The position numbers were made by a program, and so were the translations under genes. This document shows, in pieces, positions 12,895-25,200 of a stretch of 64,000 nucleotides of DNA. How positions within the stretch are numbered: the first letter of the stretch is position 1; the number at the start of each line of letters is the position of its first letter. Source of the DNA: Octopus sinensis. Lineage: Eukaryota. Location of the stretch: NCBI RefSeq assembly GCF_006345805.1, contig NC_043022.1, forward strand, positions 682,001 to 746,000, in the 5' to 3' direction. Under the pieces are notes generated by a model. The model did not search any database. It was given only the letters and a program-made list of their open reading frames with translations, and was not told the origin of the DNA.

Positions 12895-13115
12895 CCCTTT
12901 AGCATTTAAACCGGCCATATCCAGCCAAAAGTATTCTGCCTGTTTTATGTTCAAACTGGCCATATCTGGTCTCTCACACCAACCCTACAATATCGTTTGA
13001 AAAATTAACAGCTACCTCATCAAAATCTCATAGCTACAAGATAATGCATGATTAGTTCAAAACAAAGTGGATGAAAAAGCATTAATTTTGGCAGAATAAT
13101 GTGAACACTAAAGGG
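12895..13115. mobile_element. piggyBac-like MITE
   Basis: TTAA TSD at 12891-12894 and 13116-13119, TIR ccctttag/ctaaaggg. Partial relatives at about 17715-17860, 35995-36090 and 47330-47380. Confidence 0.7.
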
Positions 13116-13469
13116 TTAAAGGTAGCATCTGCCAACCCAATCTTTTGCTGCCCCTTCTTACCAGCAACATCAGGGAGTATCACCTATCACCAGCCTTCAC
13201 TCTCAACGACATAAATGTACCACACACACACACACACACACACAGGTGTGCTCAGGACAAAAATGTGGAGGTGCTTTATGTAGCTAGGAGCTACGTACAG
13301 CATCTCTACAGCATTCGCATAATATGGGTCGTCATCATCATTTAACATTCATTTTCCATGCTGGCATTGGTTGGGTAGTATGTCTTCATTAAAGGGCAAA
13401 AAGCACAATTAACCACAAAGGATGCAGAACATGCACATGTATCTGTCTGACCACATTGTGCTTCTCCAA

Positions 13470-14035
13470 AACCTCACTCAGCAATAGGTGGTGACGGTAC
13501 TGTCATTTCCCCCATCAATGGGTTACCCATCAGCTCTGCCCCTTCAAAGATGTGTGGAATGAGAGACCCCTGACTTGAAAAACAGGTAAGGGCTAGCAAC
13601 AGATGGTGGCGGGGGGATAGGGACTTCCACCTGTGAAACAATACCCTGAGTGTTTGTTCATATTGTGTTTTTCCCCTGTCAATAGATTACCTACCCACTG
13701 GCTTCACATCTTTAAAGATGTGGAATAAGAGATCCGTTACTTGAAAAACAGGTACGGGTTAGTGACTGATGGTGGTGGTAGGGGTGGAAAATTCCACCTG
13801 TAAAACAATACCCTGCTGCTCCAAAACTTCCCTCAACTACAGGTGGTGAAACTACTGTCTTTTCTCCTGTCAATGGGTTACCTACTCACTGGCTTTGCCC
13901 CTTCAAAGACGTGTGGAATAAGAGATCCCCTAACTTCAAAGGAAAACATGTAAGGGTTAGCAAAAGTGGTGAGGAAGGCTTCCGGCTGTAAAACAATATC
14001 TCATCTGATCCATGGTGGCATGGAAAACTGCGTGT
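13470..14035 (+). repeat. Three diverged tandem units (about 165-190 bp) of an RTE-type tail segment
   Basis: ccttcaaagatgtgtggaat..agagac/tcc..acttgaaaaacaggta.ggg..ag..c..tgtaaaacaata occurs three times. A single-unit relative is at 24280-24430. Confidence 0.7.
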
Positions 14036-14465
14036 AAGAACTAAACACTCATGCACAAGGGTATATGTGCATGTATGTACGTACACACACACATGTGCAT
14101 GCATGTTTATATCGACATATAGCCATTCATACAACAGAATATACACAATTTTTTTTTTGTTCATCTTTCACCAGACTCTTGTAATTTTCCAAAATGCTTT
14201 TTTTTCTTGCATTTTTTTTATTCATTTAACTCTTCTATTTTAATTGTTTTCTTTCATAATTACAGTTTCTATCAATCAGGAAATAATTTCCACTTTGATA
14301 ATAGGCTCTCTCTCTCTCTCTCATAATTAATTCCAAATCAATGAAAAATTACCACCAAGACTTTAGTTTGATAGATTGAAAGTATTGGAACTGGTACTTG
14401 TTTGTTTTTTTTCTTTTGTGCCTCCCCACTCCTACTTAATTTGTAACAACCTATTCAGAGGACAT

Positions 14466-14711
14466 GTGGAGGTGCATGGCTTAATGGTCAGGGTGTTGCA
14501 CTCATGCTCATAACAGTGTGGTTTCAATTCCTGAACTGAGCTAATCGTTGTGTTCTTGAGCAAAACCCTTCATTTCACATTGTTCCAGGCCCCTCAACTG
14601 ATCAAAATTGAGTAATCCTGCAACTGACCGGTGTCCTATCCAAGGAGGAATATATACACCAGAGAATCAAGGAAACTGAGCCTTTGCTCCTTACAGAGTA
14701 ATGTGGACTGA
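14466..14711 (+). mobile_element. CORE-like tRNA-SINE with 15-bp target-site duplication
   Basis: TSD ctattcagaggacat at 14451-14465 and 14712-14726. Core ttcttgagcaaaacccttcatttcacattg. Relatives with differing tails at about 5190-5422(-), 22023-22190, 26140-26490(-), 45838-46150(-), 46473-46710 and 56200-56515(-). Confidence 0.75.
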
Positions 14712-15522
14712 CTATTCAGAGGACATAGGGTGGTGCCCTTGATATATATCTGAGGGTCTTCAGACTGGGAACCTGGCCTGAGCATTTCTGCCAAAGTTTA
14801 CCTTGTAATTGTTAGGCAATGAGCTGGCAGAATTGTTAGCAGCATTTCATGTCTTTACGTTCTGAGTTCAAATTCTGCCAAGGTCGACTTTACCTTTCAT
14901 CCTTTTGAGATCGATAAAATTGAGCAGGTGCTGGGAGGAGGGGGAAATCGATGTAATTGACTTGCACTGTGCCCTATAATTGCTGGCCTTGTGCCCAAAA
15001 TTCAAACCCAATTATTAGGGTATCCATGCTAAGACTCAAGTGTCATTCACCAGCTCTTTACATTTTTTACAGAGTTACTGTCCTCTTAGGCAGGTTGCCT
15101 TCACTCTCTCTCTCTCTCCTTCCTCTCTTTTTGTTATGTCTTCAATTCATGCTATGATCATAATATAAAAAGTTTGAATTATGTGAATTATGTACTGAAG
15201 GCAATTCAGTTTGTGTGTTTTCCCAGTTTTTTTTTGTTTTTTTTTTGTTTTTTTTTAGACATTTGTACCCACTTCCCCCACCCCTAGGTCTCTATTTAAA
15301 ATCTTTATTATTCACCTGCTGAAAAAAAATTCCTACTACCTACTACAAACAATTTTATTGATATCCGTCTTGTTCTGCTTGATCTTGTTGATTTTGAAAT
15401 AAAAAACAGTCATTTCATTGTTCGCCTATCTATATATATATATGCACACACACACACACACACACACACACACCAACATATATATGCACACTCATTTTTA
15501 TTCTTTCTTTTTGCTATTTCAG

Positions 15523-15596
15523 GTTATCTTTTATTTAAGGATTTTTGTAACAATGGGAGTGACGTGCCTATTGCCGAAATCAACTTCTACGAAGAG
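15523..15596 (+). CDS. GRK2: Internal coding exon of a GRK2/3-type (beta-adrenergic receptor kinase / cephalopod rhodopsin kinase family) gene, RH domain
   Basis: Acceptor ...ttctttctttttgctatttcag ends at 15522 and donor gttagt starts at 15597. The 74-bp exon is phase 1 to phase 0 and translates (G)YLLFKDFCNNGSDVPIAEINFYEE, aligning with human GRK2 [26 protein letters not shown]. Length and phases match my recollection of human GRK2 exon 3. Paralog identity (GRK2 versus rhodopsin kinase) cannot be resolved from one exon. Confidence 0.9.
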
Positions 15597-16039
15597 GTTA
15601 GTTCAGTCCTTCTATAACCATTGGTCTACTTATCTATCTATCTATGTACAGGTGCTCATACACACAGAAAAGCAGCCACATACACATACATGCTCACATG
15701 CAATCACTTACACACTTATACCCATGCATTAACAGATGTTGATATGTGTGTGTGTATATATATATATATATACATACATATATAATTTACCTGTATACAT
15801 TTGATGTGTTTTGGGTGAAATCACGAGCTGTTGTTTGTTATTCCTGTGTAGGCAAGGTACATTATCGTGTGTAGAATTATTTGCTAAAGATAGTTCTGTA
15901 AATAAAATGTGTTTCTTGCTCCTCTTCCTTCCGCCCTGCTTAGAGAGAGAAAGAAGGAAATAGACCAAGTAGACAGATTGAGGTCGCTGCCTGTGTGTGA
16001 ATATATGTATGCATGTGAATGTGTGTGACTATATATTAT

Positions 16040-16047
16040 ATGTATAT

Positions 16048-16078
<31 letters not shown>

Positions 16079-16151
16079 ATATATTACATTATCATATATA
16101 TATATGTATATAATAAACATATATACATATATATGTGTATATATATATAAG

Positions 16152-16187
<36 letters not shown>

Positions 16188-16449
16188 GTATTATCTATAT
16201 ATATTATATATACATATTATATATATATTATATATATATTATATAATATGTTATATATGTTATATATTACATATGATATATATACTATATATATATATAT
16301 ATATGTATTATTGTATATATATACATATTATATTATACATATAATATATATATATATGTATATATGTATATAATATATATACATATATACTATATATATA
16401 TATATATTATATATATATAAGTATATATATATATACATATATACATTAT

Positions 16450-16501
<52 letters not shown>

Positions 16502-16600
16502 ATATATATATATATATATGTATGTGTATATGCATACACAAAAACCACGCACATGTATGTCTATGTATATATATGTGTGTGTGTGTGTATATATATATAT
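16040..16600. repeat. Degenerate (TA)n/(TATG)n tract (representative; similar tracts at 5750-6000, 34850-35130, 39820-39870)
   Basis: Visible directly in the sequence. Confidence 0.95.
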
Positions 16601-17191
16601 GTCTGTATATATGTATGTGTGTATCCCCTGACTGGCCCTCATGTTGGTGGCACGTAAAAAGCACCCACTCCACTCACGGAGTGGTTGGCGTTAGGAAGGG
16701 CATCCAGCTGTAGAAACCCTGCCTAAGCAGACATGGTGCCAAGCAGCTCTTGTCAAACCGTCCAACCCATACCAGCATGGAAAATGGACATTGAATGATG
16801 ATGGTGATGATATATGTATAATATTTGTGTGTGTTTGTAATGAGCTCTCTGCAAGCAGGGAGGTCAAGGGCCTTAGTTCTTCATTTCATTTCTTTCATCT
16901 TGTTCCATTTTTTTACACCAACTTTCATGTTTTTTTTGCTTATTTTCTTTCTCTCCAGCATCCTTGGTTTTTCCAAAATTATCTATAATGCATAAACAGA
17001 ACCTGAAAGATTGCTTTCAGGTTCATGGCGTATCATATGAATATGCCTGCTCAAGTATCATAAAAGCATGAAACTATTTGTGGCTTTTTCGGTTGTGAAT
17101 TCAATTTGATATATACATACATACATACGAATGGCGGTGCTCCAGCATGGCCATAGCTCGTGAGCTGAAACTAGATGAAATGAAAATACAC

Positions 17192-17283
<92 letters not shown>

Positions 17284-18059
17284 TATGAATACAGTATATT
17301 TATATGGAGAGTGAGAGAGAAAGAGAGACTCTGATATTCTGGTATTGAACTAAAATGGCAGCTATATGAAATGTGCTATTGTTAATCTTTGAATAGACAG
17401 GTTTTGGTTGTTAGGCATAACTTGTTAAGGCCTTAACAATGGTCTCTGGCCCTGCCCATTAGTGCAGGCAAACATTCAGGAAGAAGGAATATCCTTTCAT
17501 TGGCTTATCTTAGGTTCTTTAGGATCGTTTACAAGGGGGACAACAACCTGGCTATTATATAAGATCACACACTGTCTTTCTGTCTCTCTGCTTCTGTGTC
17601 TGTCTGTCTGTCTCTCTGTGATAATGTGTTTGTATAACTTGCGATGTGAGTGTGTTTCTGTTTTTAATAGGTTTGTTCTTTGAAATTGCCATGTCAGTAG
17701 GGTGGGTTTTTTTTTTAACCCTTTAGCCATATCTAGCCTAAATATTCTGTCTTTTGCTCAAACTGGCCAGGTCCGGCCTCTCACACCTACCTGACTTTGG
17801 ACTTCTCTAAATAAACAACCACATTATTGAAATCTCAAAGCCACGAAATAATTCAGGATTGTGATAATCCCTCTCCATATCGTGGTTCACCTATCGTGAT
17901 TTATTATTTAAACTCACGTCAATTCCTCTGTGGTGTTGTTTTGTATTTATAATAAAATAAATACATACAAATTATAAAAATAATTTTTTAAAATATACTG
18001 TACAATGCTTTTTATACTTTACAGATTTTTACCTATCGTGGGGGTTTTGGAATGTATAT

Positions 18060-18223
18060 ATAGGAGCAAACATATCTATGTGGTCAGAAGTTTGTTTACC
18101 AACCACATAGTTCCAGGTTCAGTCCCACTACATGGCACCTTGGGCAAGTGTCTTCTACTATTGCCTCAGGCCACCAAAGCCTTGTGGGTGGATTTGGTAG
18201 ACAGAAACTGAAAAAGGCCTGTC

Positions 18224-18255
<32 letters not shown>

Positions 18256-18415
18256 CGGTCGGTATGTTAATGACCCCTATAACTTAGCAGGTTGGCAAAA
18301 GGGACCAATAGAATAAGTGCTGGGCTTTAAAAAATAAGTGTCAATTCATTCAACTAAAATTCTTTGAGACTGTGCTCCAGCATGGCCATCGTCTAATGAC
18401 TGAAACAAGTAAGAC
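18060..18415 (+). mobile_element. SINE family A, near full length
   Basis: Same modules as 4587-4966 and 49593-49948. Confidence 0.8.
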
Positions 18416-18464
18416 ATATATGCATACATATACACACACATACATATGATACGGGAGTATTGTA

Positions 18465-18497
<33 letters not shown>

Positions 18498-18564
18498 ATA
18501 TACATGTGTGTGTATAAACAAACGTTAAATGTATATATATAAATGGTGATGATGGTGATATATA

Positions 18565-18624
<60 letters not shown>

Positions 18625-19589
18625 CACATACATACATACATATGTGTGTGTGTTATTTGTCCCCTATCACCACTTGACAACCCGTGTTGGTTTGTTTACA
18701 TCTCAAATAACTTTGGAGTTTCAACAGAAGAGACCAATGGAATAAGTACTGGCATCACTTTAATTGAAACAAGTAAATAGGAAAATGATAAAAAAATATT
18801 TTTAAAAAAAAAGGCTTTGTTATTGAGAAAACGGTTGGGACATGAATTGACAAAGTTTTAATGAAAAGTTTCAATTTAGCTCACTTTAAACAGGAAGTTT
18901 GTGTCATACAACCAGTGACGGTCAAGGGTGGGTTGGTATAAATAGACTGAAGAAAAAATAAGAGATTAAAAAACAAACACCAATAGAATGGGATTCGAAA
19001 GAGATTTAGCTGCTATTTCTAGTAAAACAAGTGACCGCGTAGACTCTCGCACTGACTCAAACATGACGTGTAATCTTCCTGATTTAGTTTGTAATTGAAT
19101 TATTTAACGATGTGATTATGTGTGTTGTAGTTGTAGTACTTCCTGTATGACTTGTCCTGCTTGTATGACATCCATCACATTATTGTACGAAGAAAACGGT
19201 GGGATGTAAACAGCCATTCATAGAGAAGTTGATTCATGGCTTTATTGACTTCTGTTCCTTCTTTTTCTATCTATTTCTGGTTATTGGTCTTTCTCGGGAA
19301 GTGTGTGTGTGTGTGTGTGTGTGTGGTAGTGGTGTTGATGGTTGCTTGTAAGCCAGTCTTTTCATTTATATATCATCAGCATCATCACCATTTAATGTCC
19401 GTTGTCCATGCTGGTATGGGTTGGACAGTTTGACCAGAGCTACACCAGACTCCAGTCTAGTTTGGCCTGGTCTCTGGGACTGGATTCCCTTCCTAATGCC
19501 AACCACTTACAGGGTCTGCTGGGTGATTTTACATGGTACCACACAGGCACTTTTACATGATACCATATATATATATATATATATATATA

Positions 19590-19957
19590 TCTCTATATAA
19601 ACGGCAGTTTGTCTGTGCGTGTTTCTGTGTGTCTGTTTGCTTGTACCTCACCCTGCACGGCTTTCAACCGATTTGGTGAAACTTGACACACACATAGCCC
19701 AATGTCATAATTCAAAAACTAACGCAGCGAAAATTTGAAAAGTTCCCCCCAGTCTGAAAAGTCGATAAATTCGACATGGGGTCGAGAATCAGGAACACAA
19801 CACCACAACTGTGTAGGGGACGCAACCCACCTTTTTTAACTATCAAAGAAAATTTACCATCATTTTTTTCCATTTTTTCTATTTTTGGCTATAAACTCTC
19901 TAAAAATGCTTTATAGTTATTTCCTACAAACTGAGCAACGCCGGGCGATACTGCTAG
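19590..19957 (+). mobile_element. Non-autonomous Helitron
   Basis: A|TC 5' start (tctctatataaacggcag), 3' GC-rich hairpin gagcaacgccgggcgatactg followed by CTAG|T. No TSD; inserted in (TA)n. Confidence 0.8.
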
Positions 19958-19974
19958 TATATAGTATATATATA

Positions 19975-20245
19975 CTCTTTTACTTCTTTCAGCCATTTGA
20001 CTGTGGCCATGCTGGAGCACCGCTTAGTCGAGCAAATCGACCCCAGGACTTATTCTTTGTAAGCTTAGTGCTTATTCTATCGACGGGCTTCTTTCAGTTT
20101 CCGTCTACCAAATCCACTCACAAGGCTTTGGTCGGCCCGAGGCTACAGTAGAAGACACTTGCCCAACGTGCCATGCAGTGGAACTGAACCCAGAACCGTG
20201 TGGTTGGTTAGCAAGCTACTTACCACACAGCCACTCCTGCGCCGC
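19975..20245 (-). mobile_element. SINE family A, minus strand, internally deleted
   Basis: Reverse complement of the 3' and head modules, joined at ctat/cgacgggc. Confidence 0.8.
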
Positions 20246-20350
20246 CTATATATATATATATATTATATATGAAGAAATAGCTAAACCCTTTGACTGCTAT
20301 TCTAAATTCGGTATGTGGTAAGGCATTCGTTGCTGAACCCTTATTGCTTA

Positions 20351-20389
<39 letters not shown>

Positions 20390-20959
20390 GGATGGCTGAT
20401 AGAAAATGGAATTAGCAACATTCTTTATTTAAAATCACTACAAATTGTTTTGACACATTGTCCAGTTAACAGGAGCATTTCTACTGTATGTTGACATCAG
20501 ATAGCCAGTAGCTGTGGACAAGCTTTGCACAGAACTCTACAAGGTTTTTACCCAAATCTTATTTATCTGTGTGTGTGTTGGGTGCCACATTAAAAGCACC
20601 CAACATACACTGTAAAGTGGCTGGTGTTTGGGGGGGGGGGGGACATCCAGCCACAGAAATCAAACTGGAACCTGGTGCAGCTCTGGTCAAAGCAACCAAC
20701 CGATGCCAGCAAGGAAAAATGGCTGTTAGAGGACGATGATGATATAATATATATATTTATGTATATGATAGGCACAGATGTAGCTGTGTGGTTAAGAAGG
20801 GTTTTGAGTTCAATACTGCTGCGTGAGACCTCGGGCAAGTGTCTTTTAATCGAGTTCCAAGCCAACCAAAGCCTTGTGAATGCATTTGGCAGACAGAAAG
20901 TGAAATAAGCCCTTCATTTGTGTGTCATATGTCATATATATATATATATTCTTTTTTCT

Positions 20960-21161
20960 TTTATTCTTTTATTTGTTTTAGTCATTTGACTGTAACCATG
21001 CTGGAGCACCACCTTTAGTTAACAAATCGACCCCAGGACTTATTCTTTCTAAGCCCAGTACTTATTCTATCGTTCTCTTCTGCTGAACCACTAAGTGATG
21101 GGGACATAAACACACCAACATCTGTTCTCAAGCAATCGTGGGGGGGAGGGGGCAAACATAG

Positions 21162-21194
<33 letters not shown>

Positions 21195-21510
21195 CAATGG
21201 GCTTCTTTCAGTTTCTGTCTACCAAATCCACTCACAAGACTTTGGTCAGTTCGAGGCTATAGTAGAAGATACTTGCTCAAGGTGTCACTCAGTAGGACTG
21301 AACTCGAAGCCGTGTAGTTGGAAAAGTAAGCTTCTTATTTCTTTATTGACCCCAAAAAGGTGAAAGGCAAAGTCGACCTCGGCGGAATTTGAACTCAGAA
21401 TGTATAAAGACAGATGAAATACCGCTAAGCATTTCGACCGGCGTGCTAACGTTTCTGCCAGCAGCTCACCACCTGTGGTAAGCTTCTTACCACACAACCA
21501 CTCCTGGGCC
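20960..21510 (-). mobile_element. SINE family A interrupted by a nested family B SINE (21338-21477)
   Basis: The family A head is split. The direct repeat gtaagcttctta at 21326-21337 and 21478-21489 flanks the inserted family B copy. Confidence 0.8.
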
Positions 21511-24500
21511 TATATATATATAGATCAAGTGCAATTGGATGCTTAGCCACATTGGATCATCCGAGGAACATTTTATTGTATTCTGATATACGGTAACACA
21601 ATACAATAAAATGCTGTTTCCATTGTAGTTAAAGATGCAATTACATTTGGAGCATCAAGTGCAGAGTTCCAAACAAGCAGAATGTTTAAAGATGTGTAGG
21701 GAGACATGATTATAACTCAACAATCAAGCGAAAATGAAGTAGTGTCCATGTTTGTATTTGGTGTGTTATAATGTGAAATATGTACAAGTGGGATAATAAC
21801 TTCTTTTTTTTTTATGTCAAACTTGTGATTTAGTAAAGTTTGTTGTGCCCTCGTTATTGTGTTTAGAAAGGCGGACAGAAAATCTTACTGGCAAGAATAT
21901 ATATATGTGTATATGTATGTGTGTGTGTGTATGCATATATGTATATATATATATATATATATACATACACACACATATGGAAAGCGAACGCTAAATAAAT
22001 GATGACACATACATACACACACATGAAGCCGCATGGTTTAGTGGCTAGGGTATTCGTAGGGTCGCGAGTTAGATTGCCAGCAGTGCCTTGTGTCCTTGAG
22101 CAAGACACTTTATGTCACAGTGCCCCAGTCCACTCAGCTGGCAAAAATGAGTGTTACCTGTATTTCAAAGGGCCAGCCTTGTTTGACAAACACAATGACT
22201 CACACACACACACACACATACACACATATATATATATATGGATTCAGGCTTCCATACAGTTTCTGTCTCCCAAATTCCCTCACAAAACATTGCTTGGTCT
22301 GGGGCTATAGTGACAGGCACTTGCCCAATATGTCATCTTGTGGGGCTGAACCCAGAACCTTGTTGTTGCAAAGCAATCTTCCTAACTACACAACCAGTCC
22401 ACCACCTACGCATCTACATGTGTGTGTGTGTGTGTGTGCATGTGTAAACACACACACACACACACACATATATAAACTGCCCACCTACCTATTTATTGCT
22501 GTATTTGTGTGTTGCTTTTTTTTTCTTTTGCCTATTATAAGAGTTCATTATTAATGGTTTGCTTAATTTTTTATTCCATTCTTTTGAGGAATTATCAGTA
22601 ATGCAACTAAAAGAAAAACCATTCAACCGTTAAGATATGATTCTTGTGCTTTACTTGACTGATTTCGGTTGAGGATAGATTTTGTTTGTTTGTTTCTTGG
22701 TTTTGTTTTCTTTTGTTGTTTTATCTTTTGTTGTCTTCCAAAATTGTTTAGAGTTTTCCTAAAGACGGACCACTCTGGCTCAGGTATCAAACACCTTCAC
22801 TTAAGGGGTTGCTTATGGGTTGCAAGTTCAAAACCTTGTCACAGTCATTTTATTCTTTTAGGTTTGAACTTCATATCACAGGATGGTCATGGTTAGAATG
22901 TCTTCAATCATAGCTATGTTTGATCAAGGGTTCATTACCTAGAAGATAAAGAAGCAAATTTGTCCACTTCTGTCACAGTTTAAATATTACCAAATTTAAT
23001 TAATGAATTAACGACTGTTGTCAGCTTGTAGGTTTGATCTTCATTACTTAATTAATCCTACAGTGCCTGAATTATCGTTAAGCGACAGAAGGAAAGAAAA
23101 AAACCAGAAGCGTTATTGGCAATTTGAAATGCGTGACTAAACCAGTTGCAGCAACCATCAGATATTATGATTGCTTGCGTGCGATAATGTCGTTCAGTCG
23201 TAAAGAATCCACGGAGCTTGTCCAAGCTTTTCAATTTTGTCGGTCATTATTTTTGCTTTCTCTTCATAAAGAGCGTAGCTTTTGAGGTGTCAGAAATTAT
23301 TAACGAGAGTCGTTAGAGCATTACGGCACTGATTGAACTCCTAAATAACCACATAGTTAAATTGCAATGAATTATTTTGATTTCCTTTTCGTTTGTTTTT
23401 GGTTGTTATTTTCTCCAAATTGTCCAGCACAGTAGTGTTTTTTTTTAAGTGAAATTTTAAATGGATCTTTGATGGTTTTGACTGGCAAGTCATGGTTTTA
23501 GGTTCAGTCCTACAGTACAGCACCTGGGACAAATGTTTCCTAATGTAGTTCCAGGACAACCAATGCCTTGAGTGAATTTGGTAGAAACTGTGTGTGTTTG
23601 TCGTCTCCACCACTTGATAGCCAATGTTGGTTTGTTTACATCCCCATAATTTAGCAGGGTGGCAAAAAAAAAAACAAAATGATAGATTAGGTACCAGACT
23701 AAAAAAATAAGTACTGGGGTCAATTTGTTTGACAAAAACCCTTCAAGACAATGCCCCAGCATGACCACAGCCCAGTAAGTGAAACAAGTAAAAAGTATGT
23801 CATACACACATTACACACCATACACACACTTTAGGCTTTCATGCTCAAGGTGACCCTCTTCAAAAGTTTTACAACCTTCCCTTTATACACTTCTTTCACT
23901 CAGATCTTTCCAAAGCTTGTTCTTTCCAATTCTTTACATTGACCTGCAGTTCTTTCGGGTTGCCTTATTGTGTAGCTTATATATATATATATACACACAC
24001 ACATACATACATATCCCACGTGGTGCCACATAAAAGCACCCAGCACTCTCTGTAAAGTGGTTGGCATTAGGAAGGGCATCCAGCGGTTGAAACCATGCCA
24101 GATCAGACTGGAGTCTGGTGCAGCCAGCTCTGGTCACACCATCCAACCCATGCCAGCATGGACAACGGACATTAAATGGTGATGATGATACAGACATATA
24201 TACAATATCCATGTGACTATGTATCAGTGAACGTTCACATTCAGTACTTCATATGGAAAATTACTAAGCTAGCTCTGTGCCTTCAAAGACTTGCGGAATA
24301 CAAAACCAGATTCCCTTACTTGGAAAAACAGATAAGTGTTTGTGACAGGAAGAGCATCCAGCTGTAAAACAAATGCCTTGATGATATCATGTAGTTGTCT
24401 AACCCATGCTGGAGAAAAAACACAGACATAAAACAAAGACTGTTGTTCTTACTCTGGGTTTGTTACAAATTTGTTTATGAAACCGTTCAACCACAAACTA

Positions 24501-24859
24501 CTTCACATTTAAATACTACTACTACTCTTCCAGTTATTCTACCAGAAATTTCTTTGTCTCAGACATTGCATTCTTGTGAAGTCAACCAAAAAATTTGCTT
24601 GATTTTTTTTTGTTTTGTTTGGTTTTTTTTCCTTCTTTCCCAAAGAGTTGATTGTGTGGGATGTATGTTCTGACTTTCAACTGTCATAACAATAATAATA
24701 ATAACAACTTTGATGGCATGCACTGCTCTTTCACTCAATAATAATAATAATAATGATAATAAAAGTAGCAATTATATATATATATATACATATATATATA
24801 TTTTTTTTTATGCGGTGGTTGTTGTTTAAGAAACAGTTTTCCGTTTGTTTCATTTAGGT

Positions 24860-25200
24860 TACACATGAGGCTGCGTTCGTTTGCGTTTCCAATCATTAAC
24901 ACGGTTTAATTAACCGATCAGGCGAGCGAATGAGCATGCACTGCTGCCACCATGTCGATTGTCTCTTTTTTTTTGCGCGCGCGTGGGGGGTGGGGCTGAT
25001 TTTTGCACAGTAACAGCAATGGTGCGATCGGCTGTTGCTCATTCGAGCGAATAATTCCATCACCACCGCCGCCACCACAACCACTAACACAAGCACACCC
25101 TCTCCTAATCCACCCATCCTGCCTCCTTCTACATCATCGTCATCCCCTTCGCCCATCCCACCACGCCCTGATTTGTGAGATTATTTATTTATTAACTGTA
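24860..25200. promoter_or_regulatory. CpG-rich unique island, candidate cis-regulatory element
   Basis: Locally dense CpG (gcgcgcgcg, cgatcgg, cgagcga) and a TTAATTAA palindrome, with no match to the local repeats. Function is inferred only. Confidence 0.3.

Noticed and set aside
16999-17024. Perfect 11-bp hairpin gaacctgaaag-attg-ctttcaggttc
   Set aside because: A stem this short is expected by chance in 64 kb, and nothing else supports it.
24946-24999. Perfect Kozak gccaccATG in the CpG island
   Set aside because: The frame stops after 15 codons and no donor in a useful phase was seen.
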